From Ostreococcus lucimarinus (Eukaryota): a DNA stretch of 64,000 bases. The position numbers were made by a program, and so were the translations under genes. This document shows positions 10,157 through 18,810 of this stretch, in pieces (the first letter of the stretch is position 1; each line of letters opens with the position of its first letter). Where the stretch lies: the NCBI GenBank assembly GCA_000092065.1, contig CP000581.1; one strand, written 5' to 3'. The notes under the pieces were generated by a model that saw only the letters and a program-made list of their open reading frames with translations, did not search any database and was not told the origin of the DNA.

Positions 10157-13100
10157 TCACGCGTTGTCGGACTCGGACTCCGCGAGGATGGCGGATTTGT
10201 CTAATCGCGTCGAGCTGTCGTACGCGGGATTGATTTTCGGAAGCGACGAACCGCTGTTGCTCCAATCTTCCAAAAACCACGCACTGCCGCCGCGGACGGT
10301 CAGCTCGGAGGGTTCGACGGGAATTTTGGACATCGACGAGAGGTCATGGGAACTCAAGCCACGCGAGAGCATGGCGCGAACCATTTCGGCGTGCGCGCTG
10401 GATTGCACCAAGACACGCCCGTCGTCGACCGAGCTAAGTTCGTCGGCGTTCAATTTGACCGGTGAGGACGAATTGGATAGCTTCGTCGGACTATGTTTCG
10501 CGAGCGCATTGAAAACGTGCTTATGTCGCTCGTGCAGCGCATCTAAGCCGTTGAGAATGCTCAAATCTATCGACAGCGAGTCACCATCCAAGCCCGTGAG
10601 TCGCCTCGCGAGCTCGAGTTGCGTCAACGGCTCAAGCGCGTCGTTTTCTCGAGCGGCTTCCTCGAGCAAATCAGCTGAACACCACGCGAGTTCGACATCA
10701 CTACTGTCGTGATCACCGTCGAGCGATGTTCGCTTGACACCAGCGTTTTTCGCCCGTAGTTGTCGGTTGATGTACTGAAGAATACGATGCACCTCCATCG
10801 GCGTGGCGACGACGCTAAGCATGTCAGTGACGTGCTTTTGATACGCCATTCTTCTGCTTTGCTCGTCCAAATTATCGATTACGTTCAAGGGTTCGCCTTT
10901 GGCGATGCTACCTTTCTCCATCGCGAGGTCCAGTTCCCAGCTATTGCCTTTGTACACAGACACATCTTCCTCTTCATGATCGCGCTGTTCGACTTCCTGA
11001 GATGCCGTGCTCGCGCGAGTTAACTCGATGTGAAGGCTTAACGCGTCACTGAAACTCGTTGGAATCGCCAATCGTTTCGCTGGTCGCACTTTATTTGGGC
11101 TCGTAAACACGTTATTGTTCGTAAACGAGGCACCGAGCCAATCGTCCGCTGCCTTGAGAATACTACCGCAGCTCGGTCGACGGGTCGGATCCATGACGAG
11201 TGCCGCTTTGATGAGCTTGATGAAATGCTTTGGCACAGTATCAGGGAACGTTGGAGACAATCCTTGCTGAAGCGCACGCCACTGACCCTCAACAGCGGTG
11301 CCTGAAGGATAACCCTTGAGTAATACCATAAGAAGCACACCGACAGACCATACGTCGCACTTCTTCGTGTATGGCTTGCGCCGAAGCACTTCCGGCGCGC
11401 TAAAGAATTTCGTCCCAACGTGTCCTTTCATAGTTTCGTGCGCCAAGCAGAACGTCGCGCTGCCGAAGTCGATTATTTTCAAAGTCGGAATAGCGCCTGG
11501 TTTGGGTGACCACGGCTCTTTGAGCATGATATTGTCGGGCTTCAAGTCTCTGTGCGCGACGCCCAACGAGTGCATGAACGACACTGCCCCGAGTAGTTGG
11601 TTGGCGAATACGCACCAATCACCCTCATCAAAAAGACCGCGTTGCGCGATGGCCTGTATTAATGTTCCACCAGTGTAAATATCGGTCACGATATGAGTCA
11701 CTTCGCTCTTCAATAACGGACTGTCTTCGTACACCATTAACTTCAACGGAAAGTTTGGATGATGCCCACATAATACTTGCAATGCATCGCACTCGTCTTT
11801 GATGGCATTCTCGTCGACTTTCGTGCGCAAAATCGACTTGACAGCCAAGATATCGCCCGTCTTCCGATCGACTGCCCGTCTCACCGAGCCGTAAATACCG
11901 CGGCCGATGAGATCTCCCACTTCCAAGTCGTCGTACACCTTCTTTGACGCAAAGTTTCCGAAATTTCGTCCTTGGTGCACAGTCACGTCTGGACAATCCG
12001 CGTTGGCTTCCTCGATCTCCAACAACTGCTCCCTCGTGAGAGGCTCTCGCTTTTTCTCAGTTCGCGTGTACGAGTAAACTTCGCCGATCACGGGCTCGAT
12101 CACCCTGAGTCGTTCCTCCAACTCGCCGAGCGACGGAATGTCTACGCAGATGGCGGTGATGTCGTCGTGAATCCCGCGAACTTTCAGAACCTTTTCAACG
12201 ATGCCATCCGCGCACGTGTCGGACCCCATGTATTCCATGCACTCGCGCGCGATTTCGCCATCCTTCAAAGCGGAAAAAACCCCGTCCGAGGCGATTAACA
12301 GTCGACATCCCGCGGCTGGGATGCGCACGCGCGTGAACTCTGGTTCGCAGATGAGTGCCGCGCAGTCGAAGTCTCCAAAGGCTCTCGAAACGGCGTAGCC
12401 ACCAGGAAACACGCGCAACGGCCCCAACTCTTCGCCCGCGTTGCCTCGCAGGCGCGCCAGCCTGCACTCGGTCTGAATCAAACGCCTAGCCTCAAACGGA
12501 TCCACCGGGTTGTGATCGCGCGACAGCCGCACGTGCTTGTCTCGATCCTCCGCCGAGATCGCTCCAAACTCCGAGGGATGCGGCAGCATCAGCGCCGCCG
12601 AGTCCCCGACGTTCGCCGTCACCGCGTCGAACGCCAACGCATCATCCCCTCGCCCGCTCACCACGCGCTGTATCGCCACCACGTTCACCGTCGACCCCCC
12701 CTCGGGCGCGGGTCCGTGACAAAAGAAACATCCCGTCGCGTTGCTCATCCCGTACTCGCTCTCCGTCCGCAAAATCGCCCGTCGCATCGCTCGCTCGACC
12801 GTGTCCTCGCCGTCCTCGCCGTTTCCCTCCCGACCGCGCGCCTCCTCGCCCGATCGCGTCCTCGCCTCGAGCATCCGAAACTCGTGCTCCAAGTTTCGTC
12901 CCAAGTGTCGCTCCAGGTACGCCGTCGCCGTGTCGTCCTTGTGCCCGTCGAACACGCAGTACACCGCGCACACGCGCCCGACCGCGACGCGCGCGTCGGT
13001 ATCATCGCGCTCCGTCGCGCACCACGCGTCGACGAGATTCGGGAACACCAGGTAGCCGTCCTGCGCCTTTTTCACGACGCATCGCGCGCGCCAGGGCGCG

Positions 13101-13165
13101 AACGGCGATGGCGCGCACGACGGCGACGAATGCGGCGCCGACGACGGCGCGTCGCGCGCGCGCAT
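10157..13165 (-). CDS. PP2C phosphatase / Ser-Thr protein kinase fusion protein with long C-terminal extension
   Basis: ORF 10157..13978. The N-terminal 270 aa are R-rich low complexity and overlap the upstream gene, so the start was placed at the first ATG (13165) before the PP2C domain. The PP2C motifs are VFDGHKDDTATAYLERHL...IASDGVFSALKDGE. The kinase domain carries GRGIYGSVRRAVDRKTGDILAVKSI, HRDLKPDNIML, DFGSA and GTKFFSAPE. About 350 aa follow the kinase. Confidence 0.7.
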   Translation of the reverse strand: MRARDAPSSAPHSSPSCAPSPFAPWRARCVVKKAQDGYLVFPNLVDAWCATERDDTDARVAVGRVCAVYCVFDGHKDDTATAYLERHLGRNLEHEFRMLEARTRSGEEARGREGNGEDGEDTVERAMRRAILRTESEYGMSNATGCFFCHGPAPEGGSTVNVVAIQRVVSGRGDDALAFDAVTANVGDSAALMLPHPSEFGAISAEDRDKHVRLSRDHNPVDPFEARRLIQTECRLARLRGNAGEELGPLRVFPGGYAVSRAFGDFDCAALICEPEFTRVRIPAAGCRLLIASDGVFSALKDGEIARECMEYMGSDTCADGIVEKVLKVRGIHDDITAICVDIPSLGELEERLRVIEPVIGEVYSYTRTEKKREPLTREQLLEIEEANADCPDVTVHQGRNFGNFASKKVYDDLEVGDLIGRGIYGSVRRAVDRKTGDILAVKSILRTKVDENAIKDECDALQVLCGHHPNFPLKLMVYEDSPLLKSEVTHIVTDIYTGGTLIQAIAQRGLFDEGDWCVFANQLLGAVSFMHSLGVAHRDLKPDNIMLKEPWSPKPGAIPTLKIIDFGSATFCLAHETMKGHVGTKFFSAPEVLRRKPYTKKCDVWSVGVLLMVLLKGYPSGTAVEGQWRALQQGLSPTFPDTVPKHFIKLIKAALVMDPTRRPSCGSILKAADDWLGASFTNNNVFTSPNKVRPAKRLAIPTSFSDALSLHIELTRASTASQEVEQRDHEEEDVSVYKGNSWELDLAMEKGSIAKGEPLNVIDNLDEQSRRMAYQKHVTDMLSVVATPMEVHRILQYINRQLRAKNAGVKRTSLDGDHDSSDVELAWCSADLLEEAARENDALEPLTQLELARRLTGLDGDSLSIDLSILNGLDALHERHKHVFNALAKHSPTKLSNSSSPVKLNADELSSVDDGRVLVQSSAHAEMVRAMLSRGLSSHDLSSMSKIPVEPSELTVRGGSAWFLEDWSNSGSSLPKINPAYDSSTRLDKSAILAESESDNA

Positions 13166-13350
13166 GGCGCGACGACGCTCGGTGCGATGATGTCTCTTCG
13201 CGCGCGCGACGACGGCGCGCGGCGACGCGCGCGGGCGCGGGACTCGCGTCGCGACGCTTCGGATTGTGCGCGAGGTCGACACCGACGCGACGGTCCGAGT
13301 GCCGCGATCGAGCCGCGCGGGACGGAGCGCGAGACGCGGAAGAGAGGACG

Positions 13351-14736
13351 CTAAGGATCGATTAAAAAGGAAGGGAGACCGGTCGCGACGTCCTCGCGAA
13401 GAGATTCGAGGAAAACGCGGTCGGTGAGGGCGAAGGCGTGGGCGAAGGGCCAGGTGGGGACGGAGACGACGGCGGCGAAGCCGCGCGCGACGGCGTCGAG
13501 GTCGCCGCGAGGCGAGTCGTCGGCGACGACGACGCCCTTGGTGACGCGGAACGCGGAGGAAAGCGGACGCGCGTCGGACGACGTCGATGATGATGGTGAT
13601 GGTTGCGACGACGCGCGCGCGGCGAGGAGCCTCTCGGTGGCGAGCTGTCGGACGAATCGAGCGTCGCGGTCCGTCGCTCGGACGTCCGAGGCGACGGTTT
13701 GCGACGGCAGCGTTCGACCGAAGCGGTCGGTGGGGACGGAATCCACGGGGACTTCGTCGTCGAACACGGCCTGGACGCGCTGCTGGCGCCAAAACACGCC
13801 GGGACGGGCGGCGCGGAACTTTGACTTCGGCGTCCATTTCGCCGGAACGCTCAAATCCAAGTAAATGTCCGCCTCCACGAACGCGTCTCTTAGCGCCGCG
13901 CGTCGCGACTGTGGAGTCGTGTGTTCGACGGCGGTGTCGTTGACGTGAACCGTGCCCGAGCCGCCGAGCGACCAACAATCTTTGGCGGCGAAATCATCGC
14001 CACCGTCATCTAAAACTTGCCTCGCCAGCTCGTCGTCCATCGGCAACTGCGCCGTGCCGAGGCTCGCCCACCGCCCGTTCGTCGGAAACGGAAAATGTGA
14101 GCGAGGATTGTTCGCGGGCGACTTCGTCGGCAGCACTCGCAGGACGACACTCACGAGTTGCTCGAGCGCGCACGCGCACGGCTCGAACGACGTCGTCTGC
14201 GTCGTCGTCGGGATCGTCGCGCACACGGTGGGCGTTCCCGAGACGGCGGCGCGATTGGCGCATCGTCGAGCGCGACTCCCGCGCCCATCCTCACCCAAGC
14301 ACACCTCGCGCCCGCCCACGACCAGGCAGAGGACGCATTCGTATCCTAGTTGCGCCAAAATACCGTCCGTCGCGTCCAGCGCGACGACGGCGGCGTCCTC
14401 GCCGGAGCCGCGAAGCGCGTACGCGTCGCCGTCGCCGCGCGCCAACCGCAGCTCGCGCCCATCGCGCGTCAACCCATCCACGTCGTCGTGCGACAGCGTA
14501 AAGACGCGCAAATTGTGCGCGGCGGCGACGTCCGCGAGCTTCAGCGCGCACGCAGCGAGATCGTCGTCGCGCGGGCCGAGCAAGAGCACGCAGGCCTGGG
14601 TGCGTGTCGGAACAGACGACGACGTCGACGCGCGCGACGAGGACGACGAACGGCGACACGAGGACGACGAGTGACGGCGATGGTGCGCGGCGAAGGAATG
14701 CGCGCGCGCGGCTGCGCGCGCGGCCGCGCGCGGCAT
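13351..14736 (-). CDS. Hypothetical protein (no recognisable domain)
   Basis: 461-aa ORF with a real ATG at 14736. It has a non-repetitive central region (CWSLGGSGTVHVNDTAVEHTTPQSRRAALRDAFVEADIYLDLSVPAKWTPKSKFRAARPGVFWRQQRVQ). I could not assign a family from the sequence. Confidence 0.35.
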   Translation of the reverse strand: MPRAAARAAARAHSFAAHHRRHSSSSCRRSSSSSRASTSSSVPTRTQACVLLLGPRDDDLAACALKLADVAAAHNLRVFTLSHDDVDGLTRDGRELRLARGDGDAYALRGSGEDAAVVALDATDGILAQLGYECVLCLVVGGREVCLGEDGRGSRARRCANRAAVSGTPTVCATIPTTTQTTSFEPCACALEQLVSVVLRVLPTKSPANNPRSHFPFPTNGRWASLGTAQLPMDDELARQVLDDGGDDFAAKDCWSLGGSGTVHVNDTAVEHTTPQSRRAALRDAFVEADIYLDLSVPAKWTPKSKFRAARPGVFWRQQRVQAVFDDEVPVDSVPTDRFGRTLPSQTVASDVRATDRDARFVRQLATERLLAARASSQPSPSSSTSSDARPLSSAFRVTKGVVVADDSPRGDLDAVARGFAAVVSVPTWPFAHAFALTDRVFLESLREDVATGLPSFLIDP

Positions 14737-14782
14737 GTTGTGACGAGAAACAAGAACAAGAAATTACAAGACACCGGGACGC

Positions 14783-16369
14783 TCACGCGCCCATGTACAA
14801 TTTTTGTCGGCGAGTGACGACGATGCGGCAGACGGGACAGCGACGCATGCGGCGAGCGCACTTGCGGCACATGCACGCGTGACCGCAGGGAATTAAGACG
14901 CACTGCACGGGTAAGGTCATGCATACGACGCACTCGCTGTCGGGGACGCCGCTGCGGCGCTTGGACTTTGTGACGACGGGTTCGCCGGTTTCGTCTTCCG
15001 AGACTTCGATGGAGGAAGACGGAGGAATTTCGCCGGTGTCTTCGCGGTCATCGCTATCGTTGGAGTGTGCGGCGGTGGGATCGGTGAGTTCCGAGGTGGC
15101 GTCCTCGTTCGTCGCCGGCGGTTGCTCACCGTCGCCGGCGCCGTCCTCGTCGTCAGACGTGCTCAAATCGCTCGCCTCTTCCCACTCATCCATCACGGTG
15201 TTGTCTTCGCGTTGACGTAACAATGGTTCGTGCATCATCAACCGCTGCGCCCGGATTAAGTTGACCTGTTCCACGTGCCGGCAAAGAATGGCGCGAATGC
15301 AACATCCGAGTAAGACGCCGCTCAACATCACGGCGTATTGCCACGTCTCGCCGTACATCCCGGCCGCGCCGTCGTCGACATCACCGCACGCGTCGCCCAT
15401 CCACCCGATGTGACACTCGCAGTGACCGTCGATGACGCAGTCCCCGTGACCGTTACAGTGATTCAAATGCGAGCACCCGTCGCTCAACGGTTGCGGCGCG
15501 GCGTCTCGTCGCACGCACGCCTTGCAGCATCGCAACGGCGTCGAGGGCACGAGCATTGGCGAGCCGAGGGCGCCCATCGCGGATATCACTGACTCAAACC
15601 CACTCACCGCCGCCCCGTTCGTGCCGACAGCCTCGGGCGTGTTCGTTTGCCCGCACGAAACATCGAACCCTTCCTCCGCCGCGCACTCGCACTCGTTCGT
15701 CCCGAGAGCGTTTCCGCTCGGCAACACAAACTTGACCTTGCAGCACTCGCCTTGGTCTTTGGGATAATAAAACGCCGACCCCCGCGTCGTCTGTGCCTTA
15801 TTCACCCGATTGAAGCCTTGCAAGAATGTCCCCGCCGGGCACACCATGTCCTGTCCCGAAGGCGTGCTCGCCCGCGTGGGCACGCAGTCCACGCTCAGCG
15901 CTCTCAAACTCTCGATCGTCGCCTCTCCGTCCGCCGCGTCCGTCACCGCCGGAAACACATCTCGAACCTTTGTCTTACCGTCCAAATCGCTCGAGCTCAG
16001 GCACGGGACGCAGCATATCGCTCGAGATAGCGGCACCAACCCGTCGCCGCGCCCGTCCCGGCCGGCGTACTCGCCGCTCGCCTCGAAACCGCCCACGACG
16101 GCGCCCTCGCGATCGCACTCGAGCCCGTTTGCCGCGGTCGAAAACGTGCACTGACACAGGCCGAGCGTCCGGAGCGTCGCCGGCGGCTCGGTCGCCGCAT
16201 ACGCGCGCGAAGAAGGCGAAATTTCAGTCGATGACGCGACGCGTTCGACGCGCCTCGTGACGGTGAAACCGCCATCGTCGACGTCCGACGGCGCCACACG
16301 CGCGTGCGAGGCGACGAAACATATCGCGATGCACGAGATGAGAAGCGCGCGGCGCGCGATGGCGCGCAT
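14783..16369 (-). CDS. Type-I membrane protein: signal peptide, Cys-rich/EGF-like ectodomain, TM, acidic region, C-terminal C3HC4 RING (putative transmembrane E3 ubiquitin ligase)
   Basis: Starts at MRAIARRALLISCIAICFVASHA (ATG 16369; the track ORF extends to 16534). Has an EGF-like module CSHLNHCNGHGDCVIDGHCECHIGWMGDAC, a TM segment YAVMLSGVLLGCCIRAILC, a D/E/S-rich segment and a RING finger CVVCMTLPVQCVLIPCGHACMCRKCARRMRRCPVCR. Confidence 0.55.
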   Translation of the reverse strand: MRAIARRALLISCIAICFVASHARVAPSDVDDGGFTVTRRVERVASSTEISPSSRAYAATEPPATLRTLGLCQCTFSTAANGLECDREGAVVGGFEASGEYAGRDGRGDGLVPLSRAICCVPCLSSSDLDGKTKVRDVFPAVTDAADGEATIESLRALSVDCVPTRASTPSGQDMVCPAGTFLQGFNRVNKAQTTRGSAFYYPKDQGECCKVKFVLPSGNALGTNECECAAEEGFDVSCGQTNTPEAVGTNGAAVSGFESVISAMGALGSPMLVPSTPLRCCKACVRRDAAPQPLSDGCSHLNHCNGHGDCVIDGHCECHIGWMGDACGDVDDGAAGMYGETWQYAVMLSGVLLGCCIRAILCRHVEQVNLIRAQRLMMHEPLLRQREDNTVMDEWEEASDLSTSDDEDGAGDGEQPPATNEDATSELTDPTAAHSNDSDDREDTGEIPPSSSIEVSEDETGEPVVTKSKRRSGVPDSECVVCMTLPVQCVLIPCGHACMCRKCARRMRRCPVCRIVVTRRQKLYMGA

Positions 16370-16604
16370 GGCGGCGCGTCGCGCGCGATAATGCCGACCA
16401 ACCGCCGCGCGGGGCGAAGTCGAAGCCGCGCCGCGAAACGAAAATCCACGACGAGACGAACGCGCGCGCCCGAAACCGAAACTAAACGACGAAACGATCG
16501 AACACGAGCGCATCGCTCGACGCGCGACGCTCAAACGGCGCTCTTGACGCTCGATTAAATTCTACCCTAGCGCGCGAAGCCGCGCGGTCGCGCCTCCGCG
16601 CCCT

Positions 16605-17015
16605 CTAATCCTCCTCTTCGTCCACGTACGCCCGCCCACCGCCGAACGTGAACGGCGTCCACCGTCCCTGCACGCTCGGCTTCTTCGTGAAGTGCCTGTG
16701 CTTCATCGGTTTGCTCCCGGGCTTACCCTTTTCGCTCGCCAACCACCGCACGTGCGTCTCCACCGCGTTCGCGCTCAGATTCTTCAACCCCACCGCCTTC
16801 TCGTGCCCGTTCGCGTACGTCGCGCGCACGTGCGGGTCTCCTCCTCTTCTTATCTCCGTCGTCGCCTCGGTTGAGTCGCCGTGGACGAGCGCGCGCGCTT
16901 TAAATTCATCCCAGCCTCCACTCAGGACGAACTCTTTGATCCCTCGCGACGTCCCCGTGACGTCGCAGTACACCAGGCGCAGCGCGCGCAGCTGCGCCAC
17001 GCCGCGAATGGACAT
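16605..17015 (-). CDS. MRPL43: Mitochondrial ribosomal protein L43 (yeast MRPL51 family, L51/S25/CI-B8 domain)
   Basis: 136 aa. LRLVYCDVTGTSRGIKEFV aligns to human MRPL43 LSFSVSRDGASSRGAREFV, and KHRHFTKKPSVQGRWTPFT aligns to KPFHTDNPSIQGQWHPFT. Confidence 0.65.
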   Translation of the reverse strand: MSIRGVAQLRALRLVYCDVTGTSRGIKEFVLSGGWDEFKARALVHGDSTEATTEIRRGGDPHVRATYANGHEKAVGLKNLSANAVETHVRWLASEKGKPGSKPMKHRHFTKKPSVQGRWTPFTFGGGRAYVDEEED

Positions 17016-17236
17016 CGCGCGCGCGCGTCGACCGAGCCTCGCGCGCGACGTGCCGAGACGCGTACGCGCGCCGGTGAGTGCGGCGCCGACGCGGCTTGCG
17101 CCATTCGTCGGCGTCGCGCGCCCGCGACGCGCGATCGATGGCGATGCGCGCGTCGCTCGCGATGCGCTCGAGCGCGTCGGCGCTCGAGCTTCGATGCGCG
17201 CGACGCGCGCGCGTCGCGCGCGCGCGACGCGCGGCG

Positions 17237-17884
17237 ATGATGACGTCGGCTGCGAGTGGGACGACGCGCGTGAACGTCCCGAGCGACGCGCCGTCGGACG
17301 CGCTGGAGGCGCTGCGCGCGGTAGAAGTGATGCGCGCGATCGACGGCGCGCGCGTCACCGTGCCCGAGGTCGTCGGCGCGCGAGGCACGGTGGTGGTGCA
17401 GTTCCTGAGGTCGTTTGGGTGATTTTTCGCGAGCGAGCGAGCGGTGGAGCTCGCTCGCGACGCGATACCGACGCTCGATGCGGCCGGCGTGCGATTGGTG
17501 GTGGTTTCGATCGGAACGCTGGAACGAGCGAAGGATTTTAGCCGGGAGAATGATTTTCCGATCGAGTTGCTGTACGCGGACGCGGAGAGCGCGACGTACG
17601 AGGCGTTGAAGCTGCGAAAGGGCGCGAAACAGACGTTCATGGAGAAGTCGACGCCGGAGAGCATTCTGAAGCGATGGAACAAGGATGGAGCGAAAGATTT
17701 GCTCGGGGTGTTGAAGCGTTGGAAGCCGTGGTTGCCGCCGAGACCGGACCAAGGGTATCAACAAGGCGGCTCGTTCGTGTTTCGAGACGGCGTCGCGACG
17801 TACGTCTCGTACGACGTCTCCACGGGAGCGCACGCGCCGTTGGACGACATTTTCGAAGCCGCGGGCGTCTCGACGTCGAATTAG
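17237..17884 (+). CDS. SELENOU: Selenoprotein U / peroxiredoxin-like 2 (PRXL2, FAM213) family protein with in-frame TGA (Sec) at 17420..17422
   Basis: Track ORFs 17078..17422 and 17444..17884 are in the same frame, separated only by TGA at 17420-17422. The joined protein reads ...TVVVQFLRSFG-U-FFASERAVELARDAIPTLDAAGVRLVVV..., which aligns to human PRXL2A AVIMAVRRPGCFLCREEAADLSSLKSMLDQLGVPLYAVV with U at the first Cys of the CxxC. The C-terminal block GYQQGGSFVFRDG..YVSYDVSTGAHAPLDDIFEAAGV matches GEGFILGGVFVVG..ILLEHREKEFGDKVNLLSVLEAA. The first ATG (MMTSAASG...) is at 17237. Confidence 0.6.
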
Positions 17885-17930
17885 TCGCGCGCGTGATCGA
17901 CGCATAGTTTTCCTCGCGCTAGAGCCGCGC

Positions 17931-17993
17931 TCGCGTCCTCGTGACGTCTCCTCGGCCAAGCGGCTTCGGCCTCCGAAGAGATCGATACGACGC
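17931..17993 (+). promoter_or_regulatory. Candidate form-2 SECIS element in the 3'UTR of the SelU-like gene
   Basis: Helix I is cgcguc (17931-36) paired with gacgcg (17988-93). The 5' quartet gUGA is at 17940-43. Helix II is about 10 bp, 17945-54 paired with 17972-81. An unpaired AA sits at 17957-58, followed by an apical ggc(uucg)gcc hairpin. A 3' GA follows at 17983-84. The element starts 47 nt after the stop. Confidence 0.45.
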
Positions 17994-18022
17994 GTTCGCG
18001 ACCCCGCGCGAGGAAACGCAGT

Positions 18023-18027
18023 GTAAA
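18023..18027 (+). promoter_or_regulatory. Candidate TGTAA polyadenylation signal of the SelU-like gene
   Basis: TGTAA lies about 30 nt downstream of the candidate SECIS and about 140 nt after the stop. Confidence 0.3.
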
Positions 18028-18217
18028 ACAATCAACCAGCTCAGAAATCAGCGCTCCCTCGCCGCCGGCGTCGCACCCGTGCATATATTCTGCTATCTCT
18101 TACAAACGCCGCCCCGACGGCTCGCTACGTACGCCGACTCAGTGTCCGTCCCCCTTCGACGCCTTCACGCTCGCCACGCGCTTCATGTACCTACGCGCGA
18201 GCGCACAAACGCGACGA

Positions 18218-18568
18218 TTATTCCGTCAGTCGCCCATCGCGCCGCGCGCGCGTTCGCTCAGACACCATCAAGCGCGACACCGATCGCCATCGCCACCGTC
18301 GCGCCGATCGCCGTCGACGCCTCGCGCGCGACGCGCGTCCGACGCGCGCGCGACGCGTCGATCGAGGTCGCACGCACTCTTTGTATTGACACTTCTCGTA
18401 CACGTGTCGCTCGTGCCCGCACTTCCACGGGAGGTAGAAGGATTTGCGCCTGCACTCGTTCAGTGGGATGAGAAGGTGCGCGCAAAAGTCTCTGTATCCG
18501 ATGTCGAGCTTGGCGCGCTTCATGTCCTCGCGCGAGGCTATCATTTCGCTTTGGTCGGACGAGCCCAT
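18218..18568 (-). CDS. NDUFB7: NADH dehydrogenase (ubiquinone) 1 beta subcomplex subunit 7 (B18, CHCH-domain)
   Basis: MGSSDQSEMIASREDMKRAKLDIGYRDFCAHLLIPLNECRRKSFYLPWKCGHERHVYEKCQYKE aligns to human NDUFB7 [37 protein letters not shown]. The R-rich C-terminal tail may be an over-extension. Confidence 0.7.
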   Translation of the reverse strand: MGSSDQSEMIASREDMKRAKLDIGYRDFCAHLLIPLNECRRKSFYLPWKCGHERHVYEKCQYKECVRPRSTRRARVGRASRARRRRRSARRWRWRSVSRLMVSERTRARRDGRLTE

Positions 18569-18810
18569 GCCTGCGGTGGACGCGCGCGTCGGCGTGTGAG
18601 GCGCGGGGCGAATCGACGAGAGCGAGACGCTGTCGGGTTACGGCGGGCGAGGCCGGACGCGAGAGAAAGACGGGCGGTGACGGTGAAGACTAGGCGCCGT
18701 GAGACCGTTCTCGTAAGAGTACGCGCGGTGCGTTTCGGGCGTTGAATGGGTACGTGTTACACTTGCATGGCGATTGTCTGAGAGTCGCGCGCGCGCGAAA
18801 TCGAAGACGT

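Noticed and set aside
16906-18031. Minus-strand ORFs 16906..17682 and 16922..18031 overlapping the SelU-like gene
   Set aside because: Antisense to the PRXL2-family reading frame. They are R-rich and repetitive.
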